Below are positions 26,830 through 35,237 of a DNA stretch of 41,714 nt, one piece after another. The notes beneath the pieces were generated by a model. It made no database searches, had not been told where the DNA came from, and was given only the letters and a program-made list of their open reading frames with translations. This DNA is from an uncultured Candidatus Bathyarchaeia archaeon (GTDB lineage: Archaea > Thermoproteota > Bathyarchaeia > Bathyarchaeales > DTEX01): positions 1-41,714 of the forward strand of contig CAZGXE010000001.1 of assembly GCA_964529605.1 (NCBI GenBank), written 5' to 3'. A program made the position numbers and the translations under genes. Within the stretch, counting starts at the first letter, position 1, and every line of letters begins with the position of its first letter.

Positions 26830-27616
26830 ACCTACAATAGTTAAGCTAGGCGGCTCAGTTATAACTGTGAAGGAGAAGACTCTAACCCCAAATCTCACCG
26901 CGATAAGGCGGCTGGCTAAGGAAATAGCTGAATCGCATGTTTCACCGCTGGTGATTGTTCATGGGGGAGGCAGCTACGGGCATCCAATAGCCGCCAGATA
27001 CGGGATTACTGAAGGTTTCAAGGATAAAAGCCGAATGCTGGGTTTTTCTAAGACGCATAATGCTATGATCTCATTGAACATGCTTGTCATCAGGTTTCTA
27101 CTCGATCAGGGGCTCCCAGCATTCAGTATAGCGTCCTCCTCATTCATAGTCACTAAAGGCGGTAGAATTCAGTTTCTCAATAAGAGGGTTCTGGAGTATG
27201 CTATCAGACTTGGCTTCATACCAGTTCTATATGGAGATGTGGTTTTAGATGAGGATAGGGGCTTTACAATCCTTTCCGGAGACCAGATTGTCTCTAGGTT
27301 AGCTGTGGAATTGAACGCTGAAAAAATTATTGTAGGTGTTGATGTGAATGGTTTATATACGGCCGACCCAAAGATAGATCCATCCGCACAACTGATAACA
27401 TGCATCACAATTAATGATCTGAAAAGATTGGTGGGGAAGCTAGGCGGCTCAAGGGCGGTTGATGTAACAGGCGGCATGATGGGAAAGATTTTTGAGCTGA
27501 TCACACCAGTTATGAACGGGATTGAAGTATTCATTACGAACGCTTCAAAGCCCAATAATCTCTATAGGGCTCTAAAAGGAGAAAAAATTGTTGGGACGAG
27601 AATCATTAAGGGGTGA
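26810..27616 (+). CDS. Isopentenyl phosphate kinase (amino-acid kinase fold)
   Basis: IVKLGGSVIT and VIVHGGGSYGH are IPK signatures. The start is probably the GTG at 26810 or the TTG at 26819, overlapping the mvk end, rather than the ATG at 26768. Confidence 0.8.
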   Translation: MLELRSKPTIVKLGGSVITVKEKTLTPNLTAIRRLAKEIAESHVSPLVIVHGGGSYGHPIAARYGITEGFKDKSRMLGFSKTHNAMISLNMLVIRFLLDQGLPAFSIASSSFIVTKGGRIQFLNKRVLEYAIRLGFIPVLYGDVVLDEDRGFTILSGDQIVSRLAVELNAEKIIVGVDVNGLYTADPKIDPSAQLITCITINDLKRLVGKLGGSRAVDVTGGMMGKIFELITPVMNGIEVFITNASKPNNLYRALKGEKIVGTRIIKG

Positions 27617-28721
27617 AACACAGATTAATCAGATAGAAAATAGGAAGGATGAGCATATAAGAATCTGCCTAGAGAAGAATGTGGAAGCGAAGGAGATTAC
27701 AACAGGACTTGAAGATGTTTTCCTAATCCATCGGGCGCTACCGGAGATAAACCTGCGTGACGTAAACACTGAAACTGTTTTTCTCAATCGTAGGTTTTCA
27801 GCACCGATAATAGTTGAGGGAATGACTGGTGGAACTAAGAGAGCTGTGAAGATAAACGCTGTAATCGCTCAGGCGGTGGAGGAGCTCGGCTTAGGAATGG
27901 GTGTTGGAAGCCAGAGAGCAGCTCTTGAGAGGCCTAAACTAGAGAAAACCTACAAGATCGTCAGGGAAAAAGCCCCTAAAGCTTTCATAGTAGCTAATAT
28001 CGGGGGCCCTCAAATAGCCATGGAATATGATATTAAGAAGATTAAGCAGGCGGTTGAGATGATTGAAGCTGATGCATTAGCGGTTCATTTGAATCCGCTT
28101 CAGGAGGCGGTTCAGCCGGAGGGAGAAACCGTCTACGCTGGGATAATTGATCAAATAAGAAGATTGGTGAACAGTCTAGAGGTTCCCGTAATCGTTAAGG
28201 AAACCGGTGCTGGAATATCGGCTGAGGTTGCGAAGAAGATTGAGGAGGCGGGAGCTGCATGTATAGATGTGGCTGGAGCCGGCGGGACAAGCTGGGCTGC
28301 GGTCGAGTATTATAGGGCTACTGAACGCGATGACGCCTTAAGCCGAGACTTAGGCTTAGCATTTTGGAATTGGGGTATACCCACAGTCATAAGCCTAGTT
28401 GAGGTTGTTCAGTCAGTTAATCTGCCGGTTATAGCGTCCGGCGGCTTAAGATCCGGGTTAGATGTGGCGAAGACCATAGCCTTAGGCGCCTCATTAGCCG
28501 GCTTCGCCCGTCCAATTCTTCTATCAGCTTCTAAGGGCTACGAAGAAACTAGAAGAACCCTACGCTCACTTATCAATCAGCTTAAAAATGCAATGTTCCT
28601 TGTTGGAGCCGACTCAATAGAAAAATTGGAGAATACGCCCATAGTAGTATTGGGTAAAACAGCCGAGTGGCTTAGGGCTAGAGGCTTCAGACCTGAAGCT
28701 TACGCCATGAGAGGTGAATAA
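27588..28721 (+). CDS. fni: Isopentenyl-diphosphate delta-isomerase, type 2 (FMN-dependent)
   Basis: RKDEHI, IVEGMTGG, VKETGAGIS, AGAGGTSWA and ASGGLRSGLDVAK are present. The TTG start overlaps the IPK end. Confidence 0.9.
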   Translation: MLGRESLRGETQINQIENRKDEHIRICLEKNVEAKEITTGLEDVFLIHRALPEINLRDVNTETVFLNRRFSAPIIVEGMTGGTKRAVKINAVIAQAVEELGLGMGVGSQRAALERPKLEKTYKIVREKAPKAFIVANIGGPQIAMEYDIKKIKQAVEMIEADALAVHLNPLQEAVQPEGETVYAGIIDQIRRLVNSLEVPVIVKETGAGISAEVAKKIEEAGAACIDVAGAGGTSWAAVEYYRATERDDALSRDLGLAFWNWGIPTVISLVEVVQSVNLPVIASGGLRSGLDVAKTIALGASLAGFARPILLSASKGYEETRRTLRSLINQLKNAMFLVGADSIEKLENTPIVVLGKTAEWLRARGFRPEAYAMRGE

Positions 28722-28724
28722 ATC

Positions 28725-29804
28725 ATGAATCAAGATATTGTAAGGCGTATTCTAGAAGAGAATGCTAAGTTAATAGACGCTCACATAGAGAAGTATATCC
28801 CGAGAAGATTCGTTGGAAACTCGCTTCTTTTTAAGATCATACCGCCAAAATATCGGCTGGATCTTGAGGCAGTGAATAAGGCTTTAAACGAGCCATTATG
28901 GGAGTTTCTGGATAGAGGCGGCAAAAGATGGCGTCCAACCCTCTTCCTCCTAATCTACGAGGCTTTAGGCGGGGATCCCTCAGAAGCCCTAGATTTCGCC
29001 ATAATACCTGAGGTAATCCATAATGGAACATTGATAGCTGACGATGTGGAGGATTCATCAGAGCTGAGGAGGGGTAAACCATGCACCTACAAGATTTATG
29101 GAATCGACATAGCTGTGAACCTTTCGCAAGCCATGTACTTTCTACCCATGATTGTTCTGAGCGAAAAGGGAGATAAGATGCCCTCTAATAAGGCTAGGCG
29201 AATATACAAGATATACGTTGAGGAGCTGATCAACTTAAGTCTAGGACAGGCAATAGATATAGCGTGGCATAGAGGTTTAATCCCGGCGGAATCCCTAACT
29301 GAAGAACATTATCTCCAGATGTGCACTTATAAAACCGGAACCCTCGCTAGAATGGCCGCTAGAATGGCTGCTGTATTGGCTGGCGCCGATAACGAGACTG
29401 TTGAAAAATTAGGTAAATTCGCCGAGTCAATAGGCGTAGCCTTCCAGATAAGGGATGATATACTCGACGTTGTTGGCGAGGAGTTCGCTAAGGGTAAGGG
29501 CGGCTTAGGGATGGATATAACTGAGGGAAAACTCACTCTGATGGTAATATACACGCTTAGAAAGGCGAACCGAAGAGATAAGGAAGAACTGCTAAGAATA
29601 CTCAGCATGCATACGGAAGACGAAAGTCTCAGAAGGAGAGCTATTGAAATAATGAAGAAGTACGGTGCAATCGAGTACGCTAAGGAAGTTGCCTCAAGAC
29701 TTATTGAGGAAAGCTGGGGCATGGTTGATGAGGTTCTACCCAGCTCGGAGGCGAAGAAAAAGGTTAAGATGCTCACCGAATACTTAGTTCAGAGGAAGAT
29801 CTAA
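28725..29804 (+). CDS. Polyprenyl (geranylgeranyl) diphosphate synthase
   Basis: The first aspartate-rich motif is LIADDVEDSSELRRGKP and the second is FQIRDDILD. Product chain length cannot be determined from sequence alone. Confidence 0.85.
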   Translation: MNQDIVRRILEENAKLIDAHIEKYIPRRFVGNSLLFKIIPPKYRLDLEAVNKALNEPLWEFLDRGGKRWRPTLFLLIYEALGGDPSEALDFAIIPEVIHNGTLIADDVEDSSELRRGKPCTYKIYGIDIAVNLSQAMYFLPMIVLSEKGDKMPSNKARRIYKIYVEELINLSLGQAIDIAWHRGLIPAESLTEEHYLQMCTYKTGTLARMAARMAAVLAGADNETVEKLGKFAESIGVAFQIRDDILDVVGEEFAKGKGGLGMDITEGKLTLMVIYTLRKANRRDKEELLRILSMHTEDESLRRRAIEIMKKYGAIEYAKEVASRLIEESWGMVDEVLPSSEAKKKVKMLTEYLVQRKI

Positions 29805-29842
29805 CACATTCCCAAAATATTCCTAGCAGGTGTGCCACAAGA

Positions 29843-31606
29843 TTGAATAAGCAGTTAAAGGATTTAGATGCAGTTAAAGAAGCCATAAGGAGAATAGCGT
29901 TATTAAACTCCATATCCCATGATGGGAAAGCCCGGAGCAAGCCTGTTCTAGGCAAATTACTCAGCGAAAGACCGGCTTTAAGAGCGGTCGCTAAAGAAAT
30001 AGTGGGCCTAGTAGATGAAATAGTGCGGGAAGTCAACAGTATCCCTCTCAAGGAGCAAATAAAAATTGTTAAGGCCTCCTGGCCCGAGCTCCTCGAGAAA
30101 AAAGTAGGAGAGGAGAAAGAGGAGAGGAAAACCCTCCCCCCATTACCGAATGTGGAGAAATATAACATTGTTGTCACCAGATTTGCACCCAACCCGGACT
30201 GTGTTCTCCATCTTGGTTCAGCGCGGGCCATCATATTGAGCCACGAGTATGCTAAAATGTATAATGGCCGCTTCATACTGAGATTCGAGGATACCGACCC
30301 CCGGCTGAAGAGGGCCTCCTTGCAGTTCATGGACTTGATTAGAGAGGATCTAGAATGGCTCGGCTGCCGCCCAGATGAGGAGTATATTCAAAGCGATAGG
30401 ATCGAAATATACTACAGATACGCGAAAAAGCTGCTTAAGGAGGGACGTGCATACGTTTGCACGTGCGCCCGGGAAGAGTTTCGGAGCAGAATAAGAAGTA
30501 ACAAGCCGTGCCCATGTAGAAACCTAACGCTGGAGGAGAATCTCAGCCGCTGGGAAGCCATGTTAGGAGGAGAATATGATGAGGGCGAAGCAGTAGTGCG
30601 GATAAAAACGGATCTAGATCATCCAAACCCGGCTGTTAGAGACTGGCCAGCTCTCCGAATCATAGATACTAGGAAGTATCCGCATCCTAGAGTCGGCTCA
30701 AAATACCGTGTTTGGCCCCTATACAATTTTGCAAGCGGAATAGATGATCACCTAATGGATGTAACCCATATCATACGTGGAAAGGAGCATCTGACCAATC
30801 AGGAAAGGCAGAAATATCTTTACCGCCATCTCGGCTGGGAGTATCCGGAGGCAATTCACTATGGGAGACTTAAGATTGAGGGGGCGTCATTGAGCAAATC
30901 AAATATTTCGCGCGGTGTTAAAGAAGGTCTATACGTCGGCTGGGACGACCCTCGACTGGCAACCTTCCTAGCGCTGAGGCGTAGAGGCATAAGGCCTGAG
31001 GCAATAAGAAGGCTCATACTTGAGATAGGGCCTCGAGCGGCTGACATAACCATAAGCTGGGACAACCTATACGCCTATAACAGGAAAATCGTTGACCCCA
31101 TAGCTGACAGATTCTTCTTTGTGTGGAATCCGGTTAGACTAATAGTTAAGGGCGTCGAGAAAGAGTTCAAGGTTCATATTCCACTACATCCAAGCCACCC
31201 CAGCAGGGGACAGCGGTTCTTCCACATTAAACCGATGGATGGTACAGTGAATCTTCTGATAACTAGGCATGACGCTGAAGAGATGAAGCCGGGGACTATA
31301 ATACGTTTGATGGAGCTATTCAATATCAAAGTTAAAAGCGTCAGCGAGGATTCTGTTTTCGCTTCATTCCACAGTGAGCAATACAGCGAGGCGAAAAGGA
31401 TTGGGGCGAGATTAATCCATTGGCTCTTGGAAGGCAGGTGTCTACCATGCAAGGTTGTGATGCCGGATAACTCGGCTATAAGCGGTTTAGTTGAAGATTC
31501 TTTCGGAATCGTTCAGCCTGATAAAATTGTGCAGTTCGAGCGATTTGGCTTCGTTAGGGTTGAGAGTATAAATGAGAAAATAGTTGTCTTCTTCGCTCAT
31601 AAATAA
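29843..31606 (+). CDS. gltX: Glutamyl-tRNA synthetase (archaeal type)
   Basis: HLGSAR is the HIGH motif and LSKS is the KMSKS equivalent. The archaeal N-terminal helical extension ALLNSISHDGKA...PALR and a zinc-like CTC...CPC motif are present. Confidence 0.9.
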   Translation: MNKQLKDLDAVKEAIRRIALLNSISHDGKARSKPVLGKLLSERPALRAVAKEIVGLVDEIVREVNSIPLKEQIKIVKASWPELLEKKVGEEKEERKTLPPLPNVEKYNIVVTRFAPNPDCVLHLGSARAIILSHEYAKMYNGRFILRFEDTDPRLKRASLQFMDLIREDLEWLGCRPDEEYIQSDRIEIYYRYAKKLLKEGRAYVCTCAREEFRSRIRSNKPCPCRNLTLEENLSRWEAMLGGEYDEGEAVVRIKTDLDHPNPAVRDWPALRIIDTRKYPHPRVGSKYRVWPLYNFASGIDDHLMDVTHIIRGKEHLTNQERQKYLYRHLGWEYPEAIHYGRLKIEGASLSKSNISRGVKEGLYVGWDDPRLATFLALRRRGIRPEAIRRLILEIGPRAADITISWDNLYAYNRKIVDPIADRFFFVWNPVRLIVKGVEKEFKVHIPLHPSHPSRGQRFFHIKPMDGTVNLLITRHDAEEMKPGTIIRLMELFNIKVKSVSEDSVFASFHSEQYSEAKRIGARLIHWLLEGRCLPCKVVMPDNSAISGLVEDSFGIVQPDKIVQFERFGFVRVESINEKIVVFFAHK

Positions 31607-31674
31607 CTAAAAAATTTATTACATTTACTGTTTATTAGATTTATAGAAATAAATAGAGAAGGAGCGTTAAGGGA

Positions 31675-32187
31675 TTGAAGATAGCCTTATGCGGTTATTT
31701 AGGTGCAGGATGCACCGAAATTGCTGGAATACTCGCCGGAAAACTTGGATTAGAAATTGTGAACACAAGCAAAATAATCTCAATGATGAAGGATTTTGAA
31801 GTTGCAAGCAGATCAGGTGAGGTTGACATAGACCTCATCATAAAGAAAAAGCTTGATGAAATTCTTAAGGGTGACAACGTAATAATTGAGGGAAGATCAG
31901 CGTTCTTCCTGCTGGATAGGGCGGATGTTATAAAAATTTTTCTAAACACTTCCCTTGAGGAGAGGGTCAAGCATGTCGCTAGCAGAAGAGGCATATCCCT
32001 AGATGAGGCGCGGAGAGACATTGAAAGAAGCGATAGAGATCGAAACAGCGTACTCCTAAAATTTTTCAAGAAGGATAGAATCGACCCCGCAGACTTCGAT
32101 TTCTCGATAAGAACAAACTCTAAGGCATTCGCGAGAATAGCCGACATAATTGCTGAAGTAATTAAAGGTCTTTCAGCCGCACGGTAG
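31675..32187 (+). CDS. Archaeal cytidylate-kinase-like (AAA/NMP-kinase fold) protein with a degenerate Walker A
   Basis: Overall collinearity with archaeal Cmk is good (IIEGR, IKIFLNTSLEERVKHVASRRG, the LID-like region and FDFSIRTN). However, the P-loop reads GYLGAGCT, with Cys where the invariant Lys is expected. Confidence 0.55.
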   Translation: MKIALCGYLGAGCTEIAGILAGKLGLEIVNTSKIISMMKDFEVASRSGEVDIDLIIKKKLDEILKGDNVIIEGRSAFFLLDRADVIKIFLNTSLEERVKHVASRRGISLDEARRDIERSDRDRNSVLLKFFKKDRIDPADFDFSIRTNSKAFARIADIIAEVIKGLSAAR

Positions 32188-32240
32188 CGCCCAGCTGCCC
32201 CAACCCCCCTCATAGATTATTTTTAGGAGTTCTGCTGCTT

Positions 32241-33521
32241 TTGATAGTTAATATACCCTACGGTAAATCTTTTGTTAATCTGAGCTTACCCGACGAAAAT
32301 GTAGTGGCGGTTCTGCAGCCTGCTAAACATGGAAAAGCAGTAAACGAGAGTGAGATTATTAAAGAAGCGTTGAATAATCCTCTTGGAAGCAGCCCGCTGT
32401 CTCATATAGCGTTGAGAAAGAAGAAGATATGCATTTTGGTAAGCGACTACACAAGAGCGACGCCGAACAAAATTCTCATTCCACCAATAATTGAGGCTCT
32501 CGAAAGAGCGGGGAGAAGAACGGATGACATCCAAATCTTGGTGGCTTATGGACTCCATAAACCTGCTCCACAGAAAGAGCTTGAAGAATTTCTAGGCGGG
32601 AACACTGTTGAGAAATTTAAGGTTGTAGCTCACAATGCTGAGGATGAAGAAAACCTAGTTTATCTTGGCAAAACATCCTTTGGAACAAGAGTTTTAGTTA
32701 ATCACCTACTCGTTGAGTCAGACCTTATAATATTAACCGGATTAATTGAACCGCATTTTTTCGCTGGCTATAGCGGTGGGAGAAAATCTATCCTGCCTGG
32801 TGTGTCCGGTAGAGAAACGATCTTCAATAATCACGGCTTCAAGATGATCATGCATCCCCTCTCACGCTACGGTGTACTCGAGGGGAACCCAGTACATGAG
32901 GATATGGTTGAAGCGGCGAGAATGGTGAGGGTGCAAAAGTATCTGGTTAACGTCGTTTTAGATGAGAAATTTAGGGTTGCTGGAGCATTCGCCGGAGAAA
33001 TATTTAATGCCCATCTGGAAGGTGTTAGATTTCTGGATAAATACGTTAAGGTTAAGTCCCCCTCAAAAGCGGATATTGTGATAACGAGTAACGGCGGCTA
33101 CCCTCTGGACAGAGACTTATACCAAGCCGTTAAGGGTATGGCAACCGGTGAATTAGTCTCTAGAGAAGGCGGCGTCATAGTATTGTTTGCTGAATGCCTT
33201 GATGGAATAGGAAGAGGGCATGAAATGTTCTATCAGCTTATGGCTGAAGCTAAAAATCCGGAAGAGACCTTGGAGAAAATAAGATGTGAAGAACCAATTA
33301 GAGATCAGTGGGAGGCCCAAATATTAGCTAGAATACTTCGGAATAGGAAGGTTATTCTTGTAACAAGAAATATTAAGCAAAGCCTTATTGAAGAAATGCA
33401 TATGATTCCCACCTCAAAACCTGAGGAGGCTCTTGAAGAGGCATATCGGCTTACTGGCGGAAACTCGAAAATAATAGTTATCCCTAAAGGGCCGTACGTT
33501 ATACCAGTAGCCGAAACATGA
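32241..33521 (+). CDS. larA: LarA-family (lactate racemase-like, nickel-pincer nucleotide dependent) protein
   Basis: The DUF2088/LarA motifs VSDYTRATP, AYGLHKP and HFFAGYSGGRKSILPG are present, including the Lys that would tether the cofactor. Confidence 0.8.
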   Translation: MIVNIPYGKSFVNLSLPDENVVAVLQPAKHGKAVNESEIIKEALNNPLGSSPLSHIALRKKKICILVSDYTRATPNKILIPPIIEALERAGRRTDDIQILVAYGLHKPAPQKELEEFLGGNTVEKFKVVAHNAEDEENLVYLGKTSFGTRVLVNHLLVESDLIILTGLIEPHFFAGYSGGRKSILPGVSGRETIFNNHGFKMIMHPLSRYGVLEGNPVHEDMVEAARMVRVQKYLVNVVLDEKFRVAGAFAGEIFNAHLEGVRFLDKYVKVKSPSKADIVITSNGGYPLDRDLYQAVKGMATGELVSREGGVIVLFAECLDGIGRGHEMFYQLMAEAKNPEETLEKIRCEEPIRDQWEAQILARILRNRKVILVTRNIKQSLIEEMHMIPTSKPEEALEEAYRLTGGNSKIIVIPKGPYVIPVAET

Positions 33522-33635
33522 AGTTTCGATACTATTTTTATAGCTTGAACCGTAACATATATAGGGAAAATCCTTATAGTTTAAGGGTTAAAGTAATGAA
33601 ACCGAAACATGAGTTGATGAGGTTGAGTGGTTGAT

Positions 33636-34010
33636 ATGTCAAAACCATTCTATGTTAAGTTTGAGGTTCCGAGCGAAGTAGTGAATGCAACCTATGAAGC
33701 ATTGCAGACGGCCGCTAGAACAGGGAAAATCCGTAGGGGAACGAATGAAACTACTAAGGCTGTGGAGAGAGGACTAGCTAAGCTGGTCATAATAGCTGAG
33801 GATGTTGACCCGCCTGAAGTTGTTGCGCACCTACCATTGTTATGTGACGAGCGGAAAATACCCTACACATATGTTCCAAGCAAAGCTAAGCTGGGTTCAG
33901 CGGCTGGAATAGAGGTTCAAGCATCCTCAGCATGTATAATTGATGCTGGGGACGCCGCTGACCTCGTTAATGAAATCATAAGTCGGGTTCAGAAGCTTAA
34001 AGGAGGATAA
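33636..34010 (+). CDS. rpl7ae: Ribosomal protein L7Ae (eL8), K-turn binding protein
   Basis: [40 protein letters not shown] is the L7Ae signature. The ATG at 33636 is preferred. Confidence 0.95.
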   Translation: MSKPFYVKFEVPSEVVNATYEALQTAARTGKIRRGTNETTKAVERGLAKLVIIAEDVDPPEVVAHLPLLCDERKIPYTYVPSKAKLGSAAGIEVQASSACIIDAGDAADLVNEIISRVQKLKGG

Positions 34011-34015
34011 ACCCG

Positions 34016-34255
34016 TTGAGTCGGAGGGGAGCAAGGGAGGCAAAGGATAGGGGCGAGGAAGTTCTGACACCAGCTGAAGTTATTCAAATAGTGGGGCGAA
34101 CCGGAGCGACAGGGGAGATAGAGCAGGTTAGAGTTCGTATACTCAAGGGGCCGGATAAGGGTCGGATAATAACAAGGAACGTTAAGGGCCCCATTAGACT
34201 AGGCGATATACTGATGCTGAGAGAAACGGAAAGAGAAGCGAGAAAGATAAGGTAA
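34016..34255 (+). CDS. rps28e: Ribosomal protein eS28
   Basis: [25 protein letters not shown]...[28 protein letters not shown] is present. Confidence 0.9.
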   Translation: MSRRGAREAKDRGEEVLTPAEVIQIVGRTGATGEIEQVRVRILKGPDKGRIITRNVKGPIRLGDILMLRETEREARKIR

Positions 34256-34300
34256 GGCGGAAGCGGAAAGGGGGATTCCTAAACCGTGGGGATGATATAA

Positions 34301-34522
34301 ATGCCTAAACCAAGAAAATGCTCATTCTGCGGGCATGAATTCAATCCAGGAACAGGAATAATGTACGTCAACAATGATGGATCAATATTATGGTTCTGCT
34401 CAAGCAAATGTAGAAAGAATATGCTGGTTTTAAGGCGGGACCCACGTAAGCTTAAGTGGACAATCTATTATGGACGGGAAGAAAGGGGAAGAAGGGAATC
34501 CGCCTCAGCCGTGAGAGCTTAG
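34301..34522 (+). CDS. rpl24e: Ribosomal protein eL24
   Basis: [17 protein letters not shown]...FCSSKCRKN is the eL24 zinc motif. Confidence 0.9.
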   Translation: MPKPRKCSFCGHEFNPGTGIMYVNNDGSILWFCSSKCRKNMLVLRRDPRKLKWTIYYGREERGRRESASAVRA

Positions 34523-34530
34523 GATTCATC

Positions 34531-34899
34531 CTAGAAGAGCGGTGGCACAAAAACAGTTAAAATGGTTAACGGCTCAATAACCCTCACAATACTATGTTTC
34601 ACACCTTTAGGAACATAAGTGAAGGTTCCTTCAACTATTTCCTTTTCACCTAACCCCTCAATGAACATTACAGCCCTGCCCTTGATGCAATATTCTATTT
34701 GATCGCTTTCGGCATGTGCGTGCATCTCGATTTTACCGCCTTCATCGAGGTTACTGAGCCTAACACTCGCAGTTGGGGACTCACTTTTAGATAGAAAAAT
34801 CTTCGTTAAGAACGGTGTGCCGCTGCTGAAGGATAAATTCTTCTCGTACTTAATTAGAGGCTTCAACTTTCTATCCTCCACACCTAAGTGCACTTTCAT
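34531..34899 (-). CDS. Cupin-domain protein
   Basis: MHAHAESDQIEYCIKGRAVMFIEG...YVPKGVKHSI fits the two-motif cupin_2 pattern. Confidence 0.7.
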   Translation of the reverse strand: MKVHLGVEDRKLKPLIKYEKNLSFSSGTPFLTKIFLSKSESPTASVRLSNLDEGGKIEMHAHAESDQIEYCIKGRAVMFIEGLGEKEIVEGTFTYVPKGVKHSIVRVIEPLTILTVFVPPLF

Positions 34900-34951
34900 A
34901 GTCTAAGCGGTTTACCTTAAATTCTCTACAGTTTTCACTTAAAAGGATTAT

Positions 34952-35163
34952 CGTGGGCGCTTTGTGTTCCACGTAACTAACACCCAGCTTCACAGATGAG
35001 CGGGCTTCGCTCCCCTCCGCTGGGCTCTCTCATACGTGGATTTTTGCGCCCACGCCCGCCGTGTCCCGCATCTGGGTAAACTCTTACCTCATCAAGGGAT
35101 GATGATTCATCCCTTCTCAGTCGAGTCCGTCTTTGCGGGCCCCTTAAGCGGGGTTCCGGCGGG
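34952..35163 (-). ncRNA. Candidate structured non-coding RNA, family unassigned. Strand is tentative, and the element may extend to about 35186.
   Basis: This is a GC-rich island in a 338-nt ORF-free gap. Nine helices are visible by eye. They are 34952-60/35046-54 (9 bp), 34968-75/35033-40 (8 bp), 34983-88/35019-24 (6 bp) and 34998-35002/35008-12. The remainder are 35055-60/35158-63, 35065-69/35148-52, 35075-79/35084-88, 35094-102/35107-115 (9 bp) and 35125-29/35136-40. The minus strand has a TATA-like TTTATCTTAAAA at 35207-35218, upstream of the element. It also has an oligo-T (plus-strand AAAAGG at 34941-46) directly after the last helix. Confidence 0.45.
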
Positions 35164-35237
35164 ATTGATGCTCATGTCATCGCTGAAAAATAGAAGATTA
35201 GGAATTTTAAGATAAACTTTTCTCTTTCTCCTGTAAG

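Noticed and set aside
34952-35163. Assignment of the structured intergenic element to SRP (7S) RNA or RNase P RNA.
   Set aside because: I could not find the helix-8 signature (GGAA-type tetraloop flanked by AGCA) on either strand. I also could not find the RNase P P4 signatures (GAGGAAAGUCC and ACAGAA). The element is shorter than typical archaeal versions (about 300 nt), and its 5' and 3' ends do not pair with each other.
35099-35186. C/D box sRNA on the plus strand, with AUGAUGA at 35099-35105 and CUGA at 35183-35186.
   Set aside because: The boxes are about 78 nt apart, whereas archaeal C/D sRNAs have a compact 50-60 nt C-D'-C'-D layout. No internal D'/C' pair was seen. The C-box-like sequence is buried in a perfect 9-bp hairpin.
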